A stretch of DNA of 47,553 bases from contig JBIIPZ010000026.1 of assembly GCA_044342325.1 (NCBI GenBank), forward strand, positions 1 to 47,553, read 5' to 3'. The position numbers and the translations under genes are program-made. This document shows, one piece after another, positions 30,144 to 38,520 of the stretch. The DNA is from Terrimicrobiaceae bacterium. Its GTDB lineage: Bacteria > Verrucomicrobiota > Verrucomicrobiia > Chthoniobacterales > Terrimicrobiaceae. Under the pieces are notes generated by a model, which was not told the origin of the DNA, did no database searches, and saw nothing but the letters and a program-made list of their open reading frames with translations. Numbering within the stretch: position 1 is the first letter of the stretch; every line of letters starts with the position of its first letter.

Positions 30144-30994
30144 ATGTTGCTACCGGTCCATTTGAGTTTGCGGCGGAGAACTTCGGTGAAAGGCCTTTCG
30201 GGAAGCATCGCCAGCGGGAGGATGCGCTCGCTTTTTTCCAATCGGAGCGAGTCGCCGCCGGACATCGGAAACCAGCTTTGCGCATCGACCGAAACAAAAG
30301 CGACCTGCCCGGGCTTGGCGACTTGGATTTCAACGACAGAGCTGTCGCTGATCACAACCGAGCGGTTTGTGAGAACATGCGGGCAGATGGGGGTAATGAC
30401 AAATCCTCCCGAGTCGGGCATGAGGATTGGCCCGCCCGCCGAGAGAGAATAGGCGGTGGAGCCAGTCGGCGTCGCGACGACGAGGCCGTCGGCATTGTAA
30501 TCGGTGAGGGGAACCCCTCCCAAGGTCACCCGCATTTGCACAAGTTGAGAGCGTTCCCCACGGCTCACGACTACATCGTTCAGCGCGTAGAGTGTGCTGG
30601 CGTCTCCTGAGGCTTTCGTGAGCACGGCTTTGAGGAGGGCGCGTTGGCTGAGTGCGTAATCGGCCTTGGCAATGCACTCGGCGGCGCGGCGGATTTCGCT
30701 GGATCCGAGGCATGTCAGAAATCCGAGTGTGCCGATATTGATGCCGAAAACGACGGGGAGACGGCATTTGATTCTTTGAACAACTCGCAGAATCGTGCCG
30801 TCGCCGCCGATTACGACGAGGAGTTCGCATCGCTCAGCAAGCGCGGTCTCATCCAAGTCGGAGGCCATGCCTGCGAGGGGAGCCGTATTTTTGTGAAGGA
30901 GGAAGGGCAGCGCGTTCCGCTCCAGTTCAGAAATCATCTCCCGAACGACTCCGGTGGCTTCGGGTTTTTCGGCATGGGCGATGAGGCCTATCAT
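30140..30994 (-). CDS. nadK: NAD(+) kinase
   Basis: GGDGTIL, GINIGTLGFL, ALNDVV, DGLVVATPTGSTAYSLSAGGP motifs. Start at MIGLIAH (30994). Confidence 0.95.
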   Translation of the reverse strand: MIGLIAHAEKPEATGVVREMISELERNALPFLLHKNTAPLAGMASDLDETALAERCELLVVIGGDGTILRVVQRIKCRLPVVFGINIGTLGFLTCLGSSEIRRAAECIAKADYALSQRALLKAVLTKASGDASTLYALNDVVVSRGERSQLVQMRVTLGGVPLTDYNADGLVVATPTGSTAYSLSAGGPILMPDSGGFVITPICPHVLTNRSVVISDSSVVEIQVAKPGQVAFVSVDAQSWFPMSGGDSLRLEKSERILPLAMLPERPFTEVLRRKLKWTGSNI

Positions 30995-31165
30995 GCGGGG
31001 AGCCAACTCCAACGGGTAGATGGAAGCGGCATATCGTGATGCGCTGACATAGTTTGTTCTCTTTCTATTAGCCAAACGCTGAAGACAAAAGCAACGCCAA
31101 CCTGCGTGCGGCTTTTCCAAGGCACATGTTGCGTTCCCTTGCCCACAAGGGGATACTGGTCGGCT

Positions 31166-33322
31166 ATGGTGTTCGAATTGCAGTCGAAATACAGTCCGCA
31201 GGGGGATCAAGCGCGGGCGATTGCCGGCCTGACACGGTCGCTTGCGGCAGGGAATCGGCACCAGACGCTTCTGGGTGTGACGGGATCCGGGAAGACATTC
31301 ACCACGGCGAATGTGATTCAAGAGCTGGAGCGTCCAACGATCATCATGTCGCACAACAAGACGCTCGCCGCGCAGCTCTACAGCGAGTTCAAGCAGTTCT
31401 TCCCACACAATGCCGTCGAGTATTTCGTGAGTTACTTCGACTACTACCAGCCGGAGGCCTACATCCCTCGATCGGACACCTATATTGAAAAAGACTCCTC
31501 GATCAACGAGGAGATCGAGCGCCTCAGACTCTCGGCAGTGAGTTCGCTGCTCACTCGCCGGGACACAATCATCGTGGCCAGCGTCTCATGCATTTATGGG
31601 CTCGCGTCGCCGGAGGATTTTTTGCAGATGCTCGTCACAATCCATCCGGGGCAGCGAATCACGCGGGAGGAATTCCTCACGAAAATCGTGGAGATGCTTT
31701 ACGAGCGGAACGACATCGCCTTCGGTCGCGGAAAATTCCGGGTGAGGGGAGATGTCGTCGAGGTTCATCCGGCGCAGAATGACGACGAGGCGGTGAGGGT
31801 GGAGTTCTTCGGCGATGAAATCGACCGGATCAGCGTGTTTGACCCGTTGACCGGACACGCCAGCGCCACGCTCACGACATTCACTCTTTTTCCAGCGAAG
31901 CAATTTGTGACCCCCCATGACAAGCTGCGAACGGCCATGGCAGGAATCAGGGGTGAGTTGGAGAAACGGGTTGCGGAGTTTGAGCGCCAGAGCAAATTCA
32001 TCGAGGCCCAGCGCATTCGCATGCGAACCGAGTTTGATCTCGAGATGATGCAGGAAATGGGTTTTTGCAACGGCATCGAGAACTACTCGCGGCACCTTAC
32101 CGGGCGCCCTCCGGGCTCACGCCCTTATACGCTTCTGGACTTTTTGCCGAAGGATCACCTGTTGGTCATCGACGAGTCCCATGCCACGGTTCCCCAGATC
32201 GGCGGCATGTATGCTGGGGATCGCTCGCGCAAGAGTGTTCTTGTGGAATACGGGTTTCGGCTACCTAGTGCTCTGGACAACCGTCCGCTGAATTTCAGTG
32301 AGTTCATGGAGACTGCAAACCAGCTCGTTTATGTGAGCGCCACGCCGGGCGGGTTTGAGATCAACAACAGCATCGTTGGCAATGCGGGCTGGATTCCGAA
32401 TCCTGAGAACAAGTTCGGCGAAGGCGGCAAGGCGGCAGGTCTGAAACACGCCGCGCCATCAGAGAAGGAGCTCGATGTTACAACGCCGGGAGCGAAGCTT
32501 GTGGTCGAGCAGATCATTCGCCCGACCGGCCTCTTGGATCCCAAGATCACAGTCCGTCCACTCAAGGCCCAGATCGACGAAACAATCGAGCTCTGCCGTC
32601 GCCGCATCGAGATTGGCGAGAGGATTCTTATTACAACACTCACAAAAAAGACGGCCGAAGACCTTGCCGACTACCTCCGCGAAATCGGCCTTCGTGTGCG
32701 CTATCTCCACAGCGATATCGATACCATCGAGCGTGTCGAAATCCTCCGCACCCTCCGCGCAGGTGACTGTGACATTCTTGTCGGCATTAATCTGCTTCGC
32801 GAGGGGCTCGATTTGCCTGAAGTTTCCTTGGTGTGCATCCTCGACGCCGACAAGGAAGGCTATCTGCGGAGTCGGACGAGCCTCATCCAGACCGCTGGCC
32901 GCGCTGCGCGCCATCTCAATGGCGAGGTCGTTTTGTTTGCGGATACCATCACAGGCAGTATGCGCGATCTGCTGGATATCACCGAATACCGCCGGAGTCG
33001 CCAGGAGGCGCATAACAAGGAACACGGCATCACGCCACGCAGCGTCGTTCGAGCCGTTCAGGAAAGCCTTCATGTCATTGTCAAAGGCCGCGAGGTCGAG
33101 CAGGGAATACTTCGCGAGGACTCGGCTGGTTTTGACGCGGCGGAGCTGATTCGGGAACTGGAGCATGATATGGCCGATGCCGCATCGCGTCTCGAGTATG
33201 AGAGGGCGGCGCTTCTGCGTGATCAGATCGCAGAACTCAAAAACGGAACCTCCACAACAGGCGCTCCGCCCATTCGCAAGAAGGCCACTTACGCCAAGGC
33301 GAGCCGCAAGAAGAGGGGGTGA
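31166..33322 (+). CDS. uvrB: Excinuclease ABC subunit B
   Basis: GVTGSGKT, YFDYYQPEAY, DESH, EQIIRPTGL and GINLLREGLDLPEV motifs; C-terminal UVR domain. Confidence 0.97.
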   Translation: MVFELQSKYSPQGDQARAIAGLTRSLAAGNRHQTLLGVTGSGKTFTTANVIQELERPTIIMSHNKTLAAQLYSEFKQFFPHNAVEYFVSYFDYYQPEAYIPRSDTYIEKDSSINEEIERLRLSAVSSLLTRRDTIIVASVSCIYGLASPEDFLQMLVTIHPGQRITREEFLTKIVEMLYERNDIAFGRGKFRVRGDVVEVHPAQNDDEAVRVEFFGDEIDRISVFDPLTGHASATLTTFTLFPAKQFVTPHDKLRTAMAGIRGELEKRVAEFERQSKFIEAQRIRMRTEFDLEMMQEMGFCNGIENYSRHLTGRPPGSRPYTLLDFLPKDHLLVIDESHATVPQIGGMYAGDRSRKSVLVEYGFRLPSALDNRPLNFSEFMETANQLVYVSATPGGFEINNSIVGNAGWIPNPENKFGEGGKAAGLKHAAPSEKELDVTTPGAKLVVEQIIRPTGLLDPKITVRPLKAQIDETIELCRRRIEIGERILITTLTKKTAEDLADYLREIGLRVRYLHSDIDTIERVEILRTLRAGDCDILVGINLLREGLDLPEVSLVCILDADKEGYLRSRTSLIQTAGRAARHLNGEVVLFADTITGSMRDLLDITEYRRSRQEAHNKEHGITPRSVVRAVQESLHVIVKGREVEQGILREDSAGFDAAELIRELEHDMADAASRLEYERAALLRDQIAELKNGTSTTGAPPIRKKATYAKASRKKRG

Positions 33323-34687
33323 TCAGAACGCCTTCCGGAGATGACTTGGGAGAATGCCGAGTTGTTCGCGGTATTTTGCGACAGTCCGGCGCGCCACGCC
33401 GAGACCGCGGTCCGACAGGAGTTTGACGATATCCTGGTCGCTGTAGGGATTGCGGTTGTTCTCCTCCCGCACGATCTGGGCTATCGCTTGCCGGACGCTC
33501 TCGTTGCTCACGCCCTCCCCGTCGCTGTTCGTGTAGCCATGCGTGAAGAAATACTTCATCTCGAAAATCCCCTGCGGGGTGGAAATGAACTTTCCAGCGG
33601 CGGCTCGGCTGACTGTGGTTTCATGAACCCCGACGGCGTCTGCGACCTGACTCATGGTCATGGGCTTTAAGTGCGAGGGGCCGCGCTCCAGGAATTCCCG
33701 CTGACGCAGGGCGATCTCACGGCCGATATTCAAAATCGTCTGCTGCCGTTGCTGGATGCTTTTAATGAAAAAATTCCCGCCCCGTATTTTGTCGCGCAGG
33801 TATTCCCGGACTTCTTTTGATGAGCCCGCGAGCATATCCTTGTAGGAATCGGAAATCCTCAGACGGGGTATTTCATCGCTGTTCAGACTCACCGTGTAAT
33901 CCTCGCCGTCGTATTCCACGAGCACCTCGGGTGTAACGACCTGGTTGGTGTCCGCCGCATAGGCTCGGCCAGGCATCGGATCCAGACGCGCTATCAACTC
34001 GGCTGCGTGCTGGATTTCTTTAGGATCGAGGTCTAGCGCCTTCGCAATCTCATTCAGTTTTTTTCGGCCCAATTCATCGAGGTAGTGGCGGACGATCCGG
34101 GTTTCCGTGGAATACTGTCGTCCCTGGCTTTTGAGCTGAAGCAAGAGGCACTCGGCGAGGTTCCGTGCCGCGATGCCCGGGGGATCGAATTCCTGCACCT
34201 TTTCCAGCACTCGTTCGACTTCATCCTGCAGGCAATCCACCGCTGTAGCGATTTCTTCCACTGTAGAACGCAGGTATCCAGCATCATCTAGGTTGCCGAT
34301 GATTTCCACGGCGACAATGGCATCCTCTCTCGGCCAGGAGGCCGTTTGGAGTTGCTCCAGAAGATGCTCGGGTAATGTCGGCGGGCGCACCTGGGAATCC
34401 AGGAAATGTTGACGCTTCTCGAGGGCTTCACGCGACCAGGTTTCTCCAGACGAGCGCTGCGTGTAGTATTCATTCCACTGCTCTTCCATCGGACTGGCCT
34501 GCTCCTGTTTGGACTCGGGTGATCTCTCGGGGACGAGTTCCTCCAGCGCGGGATTCGCTCTCAGCTCGGTGTCCACTAGTTGCCTGAGCTCTGCCAGCGG
34601 GGCTTGGAGGACATGCAGGCTCTGCTGCATCTGCGGCGACAGCGATTGCTGGAGCGCCATCTTCGCGACTTGTTGCATGCCTGCCAT
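33323..34687 (-). CDS. rpoN: RNA polymerase sigma-54 factor
   Basis: Q/L-rich region I, HETTVSR HTH and RpoN box ARRTVAKYRE. Confidence 0.97.
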   Translation of the reverse strand: MAGMQQVAKMALQQSLSPQMQQSLHVLQAPLAELRQLVDTELRANPALEELVPERSPESKQEQASPMEEQWNEYYTQRSSGETWSREALEKRQHFLDSQVRPPTLPEHLLEQLQTASWPREDAIVAVEIIGNLDDAGYLRSTVEEIATAVDCLQDEVERVLEKVQEFDPPGIAARNLAECLLLQLKSQGRQYSTETRIVRHYLDELGRKKLNEIAKALDLDPKEIQHAAELIARLDPMPGRAYAADTNQVVTPEVLVEYDGEDYTVSLNSDEIPRLRISDSYKDMLAGSSKEVREYLRDKIRGGNFFIKSIQQRQQTILNIGREIALRQREFLERGPSHLKPMTMSQVADAVGVHETTVSRAAAGKFISTPQGIFEMKYFFTHGYTNSDGEGVSNESVRQAIAQIVREENNRNPYSDQDIVKLLSDRGLGVARRTVAKYREQLGILPSHLRKAF

Positions 34688-34700
34688 ACCACGAAAATTT

Positions 34701-34716
34701 AGGCACAGTTGCTGCT
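34701..34716 (+). promoter_or_regulatory. Candidate sigma54 (-24/-12) site facing fliC
   Basis: AGGCACAGTTGCTGCT, with GG and GC at the canonical spacing of TGGCAC-N5-TTGC. Confidence 0.5.
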
Positions 34717-34722
34717 TCAGCA

Positions 34723-34738
34723 AGCATATTCCGCGCCA
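34723..34738 (-). promoter_or_regulatory. Candidate sigma54 (-24/-12) site facing rpoN
   Basis: Minus strand TGGCGCGGAATATGCT with canonical GG-N10-GC spacing, 35 nt upstream of the rpoN ATG. Confidence 0.55.
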
Positions 34739-34816
34739 ATCCAATTGTTTTATTCGAAACGATTGTCATCTATTCATCCAAGCCACTTGTCGGACTATAT
34801 TTACTCGGAAAATTTC

Positions 34817-34844
34817 TCAAGCCCGTCCTCGAGTGTGCCGATGT
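34817..34844 (+). promoter_or_regulatory. Candidate sigma28 (FliA/SigD) promoter for flagellin
   Basis: TCAA-N16-GCCGATGT, against a consensus of TAAA-N15(+/-1)-GCCGATAA. Confidence 0.6.
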
Positions 34845-34941
34845 TTGATGTATGGAGAAAATCTCCACCCAGTGAGGCTGAGCACTGATTTAAAGCAGCC
34901 CGACGGCGAAACGGACTTCGCACCATAGAAAGACAAAGGAT

Positions 34942-35793
34942 ATGTCAGTAGTCATCAACACCAACTCTGCAGCCACATCGGCGGCCTACAACCTCAGCAA
35001 CACCAATGTAAACCTCCAACGCAGCCTCAACAGGCTTTCCAGCGGTTCACGCATCAATTCATCCTTCGACGATGCAGGCGGCCTCGCCGTGTCCATGAAG
35101 ATGAGTGCATCGATCCGCCGGACGGATGCCACATTGGCCAACGTCAACAACTCGCTCTCGTTCCTGCAAACCCAGGACGGAGTGCTCAAGACGGCGGATA
35201 AAATCCTCAATCGCATGTCGGAGCTCGCTACGCTGGCTCAAGATGTGACGAAATCGACCAGCGATCTCTCACTCTATAATACAGAGTTGAGCCAGTTGAA
35301 GGGTCAGCTAGACCTCATGGTTGGCGAGGAATTCAACGGCATCAGCCTGTTCGCGTCGGGAGCCTCCACGGGCCTTGATGTGGACAGCACGCTCACTGTC
35401 GTTACCTCCCATGATGGAGATCAGACCGTTGGCATCACCCAAGTGGACCTAGAATTCATCAGCACCTCCGTTGGAACAGCCGGCGGGGCGGGAATGGATA
35501 TCTCTTCCACCACGGGAGCACAGGCCGCTGTAGATACGATTCAGGATGCGATCCAGGACCTTGCCACCATCCGCGCCAACAACGGCGCCGAGCAGTCCCG
35601 CCTGACCTTTGCTGCCGACATGCTCGCAGTGAACAAAACCAACCTCGAGGCCGCCAACAGCCGGATTCTTGATGTGGATGTGGCCGACGAAAGCACGAAG
35701 CTCGCTCGCTTCAGCATCCTGCAGCAGGCTGGCACGGCGATGCTCGCCCAAGCGAACCAGTCCACCCAATCGATCCTGCGATTGATCAGCTAA
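34942..35793 (+). CDS. fliC: Flagellin, minimal form with almost no hypervariable D2/D3 region
   Basis: INTN...SLNRLSSGSRINS..DDAGGLAVS N-terminus and NLEAANSRILDVDVADE...ILQQAGTAMLAQANQ...ILRLI C-terminus. Confidence 0.96.
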   Translation: MSVVINTNSAATSAAYNLSNTNVNLQRSLNRLSSGSRINSSFDDAGGLAVSMKMSASIRRTDATLANVNNSLSFLQTQDGVLKTADKILNRMSELATLAQDVTKSTSDLSLYNTELSQLKGQLDLMVGEEFNGISLFASGASTGLDVDSTLTVVTSHDGDQTVGITQVDLEFISTSVGTAGGAGMDISSTTGAQAAVDTIQDAIQDLATIRANNGAEQSRLTFAADMLAVNKTNLEAANSRILDVDVADESTKLARFSILQQAGTAMLAQANQSTQSILRLIS

Positions 35794-35818
35794 CAAACGC
35801 TCAGGGTTGCTCCCGAAT

Positions 35819-35857
35819 AAAAGAGGCTCTTCCGAAAGGGAGAGCCTTTTTTGTTTT
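35819..35857. terminator. Bidirectional intrinsic terminator between fliC and the 5'-3' exonuclease gene
   Basis: AAAAG-AGGCTCTTCC-GAAA-GGGAGAGCCT-TTTTTGTTTT. Confidence 0.85.
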
Positions 35858-35858
35858 C

Positions 35859-36764
35859 TTAAAAAAGCTCGCCTTGAAGTGGCGGTGCAGCTTCTGCGGC
35901 CTCTGCCTCGATCTCGCTGACGAGGGATTTGAACTCGCAGTCCTTGAGTGCGGCAATGAGTTCTGGATGGCGCGGCGATATTTCGAGGGATTCCCAAGCG
36001 ACTGGCATTGGGAGGTCGTCATCGAGGCGCACCATTTCACGGTTTGCGATGATGACTTCGCGGTTTGCGATGATTTTTTCGCGCAAGCGGGGATTCTCAA
36101 TGATCGCGGGGTTTTCGAGAAGGGATTGAACCGTGCCATGTGCGGTCACCAGCTGAACGGCCGTTTTGCCCCCGATTCCAGGAACGCCGGGAATGTTGTC
36201 GGAGCTGTCACCTGTAAGAGCCAGCACATCGGCGATGTTTGCTGCTGGGACACCCCATTTTTCGCGAACCTCTGCGGAGCCAAGTAGAGCGAAGCCGCCT
36301 TCTTTGATGTCGGTTTTATTCGTGGAGTAGATGTGGATGTTTGCATCAACGAGTTGGAGGATGTCCTTGTCATTCGTTGCGATCACCACATCGGCTCCGT
36401 CTTTTCTGGCGGCGCGTGCGTAGGATGCGATCAGGTCGTCGGCTTCGGTATTCGGGAGTTCGACGGATTGCGTGCCGACCAGGTAGATGTTTTTTTGGAG
36501 CCAATCCTCCTGCGGGCGGAGGTCGTCCGGCATTTCGGAGCGGTTCTGTTTGTAGGCGGGTTGGAGTTCCACGCGGCGTGCGGGCAGACCGGCGTCCCAA
36601 ATCACAGCGGCGCGGTCGGGTTTGACATCCGCAAGCATCTTGCGCAGGGCTTTGATGAATCCGTAGATCGCATTCGTCGGTTCGCCACGGGAATTCTTCA
36701 GCCCCCGAATCGCAAAAAACGAGCGGTAGAGATAATAATGACCGTCAACGAGAAGCAGGCGCAT
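35859..36764 (-). CDS. Stand-alone 5'-3' exonuclease/flap endonuclease homologous to the Pol I N-terminal domain
   Basis: LLVDGH, YKQNR, EADDLI, NDKD and H3TH GDSSDNIPGVPGIGGKTA motifs; no polymerase domain. Confidence 0.92.
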   Translation of the reverse strand: MRLLLVDGHYYLYRSFFAIRGLKNSRGEPTNAIYGFIKALRKMLADVKPDRAAVIWDAGLPARRVELQPAYKQNRSEMPDDLRPQEDWLQKNIYLVGTQSVELPNTEADDLIASYARAARKDGADVVIATNDKDILQLVDANIHIYSTNKTDIKEGGFALLGSAEVREKWGVPAANIADVLALTGDSSDNIPGVPGIGGKTAVQLVTAHGTVQSLLENPAIIENPRLREKIIANREVIIANREMVRLDDDLPMPVAWESLEISPRHPELIAALKDCEFKSLVSEIEAEAAEAAPPLQGELF

Positions 36765-36779
36765 CGAGGAGGGTGCTCT

Positions 36780-37022
36780 TCAGCTTGCAATCGTGCCGAT
36801 TTCGACAGGTTCGACTTTGATGCCGTTCTCTTCCAACCACGCTATCGCTTTTTTGATTTCTTCACGCTCGCCATCGAGTTCGAGGGATACCAATCCGATC
36901 TCGTCCGTAACACTCGCTTGGCGGATGTTCGTGACCAATTCAAATTTCTTGGCCAACTCCCAAAGGATGGGGCGAGTGATGAGGCGTGCCGGAAACATGA
37001 GCCAGAGGCGTGTCTTTTGCAT
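36780..37022 (-). CDS. NIL domain-containing small protein
   Basis: PILWELAKKFELVTNIRQASV..IGLVSLELDG...AIAWLEENGIKVEP; start at MQKTRL. Confidence 0.82.
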   Translation of the reverse strand: MQKTRLWLMFPARLITRPILWELAKKFELVTNIRQASVTDEIGLVSLELDGEREEIKKAIAWLEENGIKVEPVEIGTIAS

Positions 37023-37156
37023 AAGCGCACTGTAGCGAGGCCGGTCCAAACGCGCCATCATTATGACGCACAGAAAAAAAACATGCGCACGGCTCTTAGG
37101 TGTTGGAAGAGCCTTCGAAAGCTTGTAGGAGTTCATTTTCTAAAACCTGACCGCCT

Positions 37157-38251
37157 ATGGACGCATCCCACCCCGATATTCACAACCTCACTCATGTTGA
37201 CCAGTTTCTTGCCGTGGGGAAGGAGTCGGATGCCTCGGATATTCACCTGAGCGTGAACTCGCAACCAATCTGGCGGCGGTTCGGCCTCTTGGAGCCAATC
37301 TGGCGGCAGGCCGATGTGCTCACAGCGGAGGATACGGAGCGGTTGGTGATGAGTTTTCTCTCACCGGAGCAGCAACAGCAACTCGCCGGGCGAGGGGATG
37401 TGGATTTCGCCTACGCCACTGGCATCGGGCGCTTCCGCGCGAGCGTCGTGCGCCAGCGCACCGGCTACGATCTCGTATTTCGAATCATCAGCGACCGCGT
37501 GCGTTCGATGGATGAGTTGGGCCTTCCAGAGCAGTTGAAATTGCTCACGGAATTTCACAATGGTCTGGTGCTCGTGACCGGCTCCGTTGGTAGCGGAAAG
37601 AGCACTACGCTCGCAGCGCTGGTCGATCAGATCAACCGCTCGCGCCACGACCATATCATCACTCTGGAGGATCCGATCGAATACATCGTGCCTTCGGGCA
37701 AGTGCCATGTCACCCAGCGAGAGGTTCACACCCATACAAAATCCTTCGCCAATGCCCTGCGAGGCGCTCTGCGCGAAGATCCGGATGTCATCATGGTCGG
37801 CGAAATGCGCGATCTGGAGACGATCTCCCTCGCCATCACGGCATCCGAGACAGGCCACCTTGTGCTCGGCACCCTGCACACCAGCAATGCCGCGAGAACC
37901 CTCGACCGATTGCTGGATGTCTTCCCCACCGACCAGCGCGATCAGATTCGCATCATGGTCAGCGAGTCGCTGCGCGGCATCATCTCGCAGCAACTCGTCC
38001 CCCGCGCGGACGGTAATGGCCGCGCGCTAGCGATCGAGATTTTGATGAACACCCCAGCTATCGGAAATGTGATCCGCGAAGGAAAGACCTTCATGCTCCC
38101 AGGCATCATCCAAACCGGAAAAAAACTCGGCATGAAACTCATGGACGACTCGATCGCCGAGCTTTTCCAAGCCGGCATCGTATCCGCCGAAGAAGCCGTC
38201 TACCGCGCCGAACAGGAAGCCGACATGAAACGCCTTGTCGGACTAAAATAA
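37157..38251 (+). CDS. pilT: PilT-family type IV pilus retraction ATPase, copy 1
   Basis: ASDIHL, TGSVGSGKSTT, EDPIE, LREDPDVIMVGEMRD, ETGHLV and AIGNVIRE motifs. Confidence 0.9.
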   Translation: MDASHPDIHNLTHVDQFLAVGKESDASDIHLSVNSQPIWRRFGLLEPIWRQADVLTAEDTERLVMSFLSPEQQQQLAGRGDVDFAYATGIGRFRASVVRQRTGYDLVFRIISDRVRSMDELGLPEQLKLLTEFHNGLVLVTGSVGSGKSTTLAALVDQINRSRHDHIITLEDPIEYIVPSGKCHVTQREVHTHTKSFANALRGALREDPDVIMVGEMRDLETISLAITASETGHLVLGTLHTSNAARTLDRLLDVFPTDQRDQIRIMVSESLRGIISQQLVPRADGNGRALAIEILMNTPAIGNVIREGKTFMLPGIIQTGKKLGMKLMDDSIAELFQAGIVSAEEAVYRAEQEADMKRLVGLK

Positions 38252-38315
38252 CTAATTCCAAACAACACTGCTCCTAACTAAAAAATTTTATAATGTTACC
38301 CCAAAGCATTTTATT

Positions 38316-38448
38316 TAACCACGGAGGACGCGGAGAGCACGGAGGGGCATTTCAAGCAGAAACAAAAATCCTCCACGGCTTTCTGCGTCTTTCGATAAAC
38401 TGCATAACCGCATTTTCTACTCCGTGCTCTCCGTGTCCTCTGTGGTTA
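38316..38448. repeat. MITE-like element: 29-bp imperfect inverted repeats around a 75-bp spacer
   Basis: TAACCACGGAGGACGCGGAGAGCACGGAG (38316-38344) and CTCCGTGCTCTCCGTGTCCTCTGTGGTTA (38420-38448) are 27/29 complementary. Confidence 0.8.
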
Positions 38449-38481
38449 GTTCCCCGCCAACCGCGCAACGCGCGTGGGTTA

Positions 38482-38511
38482 CTTAAAACTTAATCCTTAA
38501 TTCTTAAAACT
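38482..38511 (+). repeat. AT-rich heptamer tandem repeat, copy 2
   Basis: CTTAAAACTTAATCCTTAATTCTTAAAACT, ending 9 nt before ATG 38521. Confidence 0.85.
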
Positions 38512-38520
38512 CTCCCACCC

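Noticed and set aside
34819..34918. Hammerhead-ribozyme-like pairing (AAGCCCGTC with GAAACGGACTT) upstream of fliC
   Set aside because: The required CUGANGA core is missing before the putative stem II, and the 5' arm overlaps the sigma28 promoter, so it is probably not transcribed.
38293..38493. 66-aa ORF between the two pilT-family genes
   Set aside because: It merely spans the inverted-repeat element and has no coding features.
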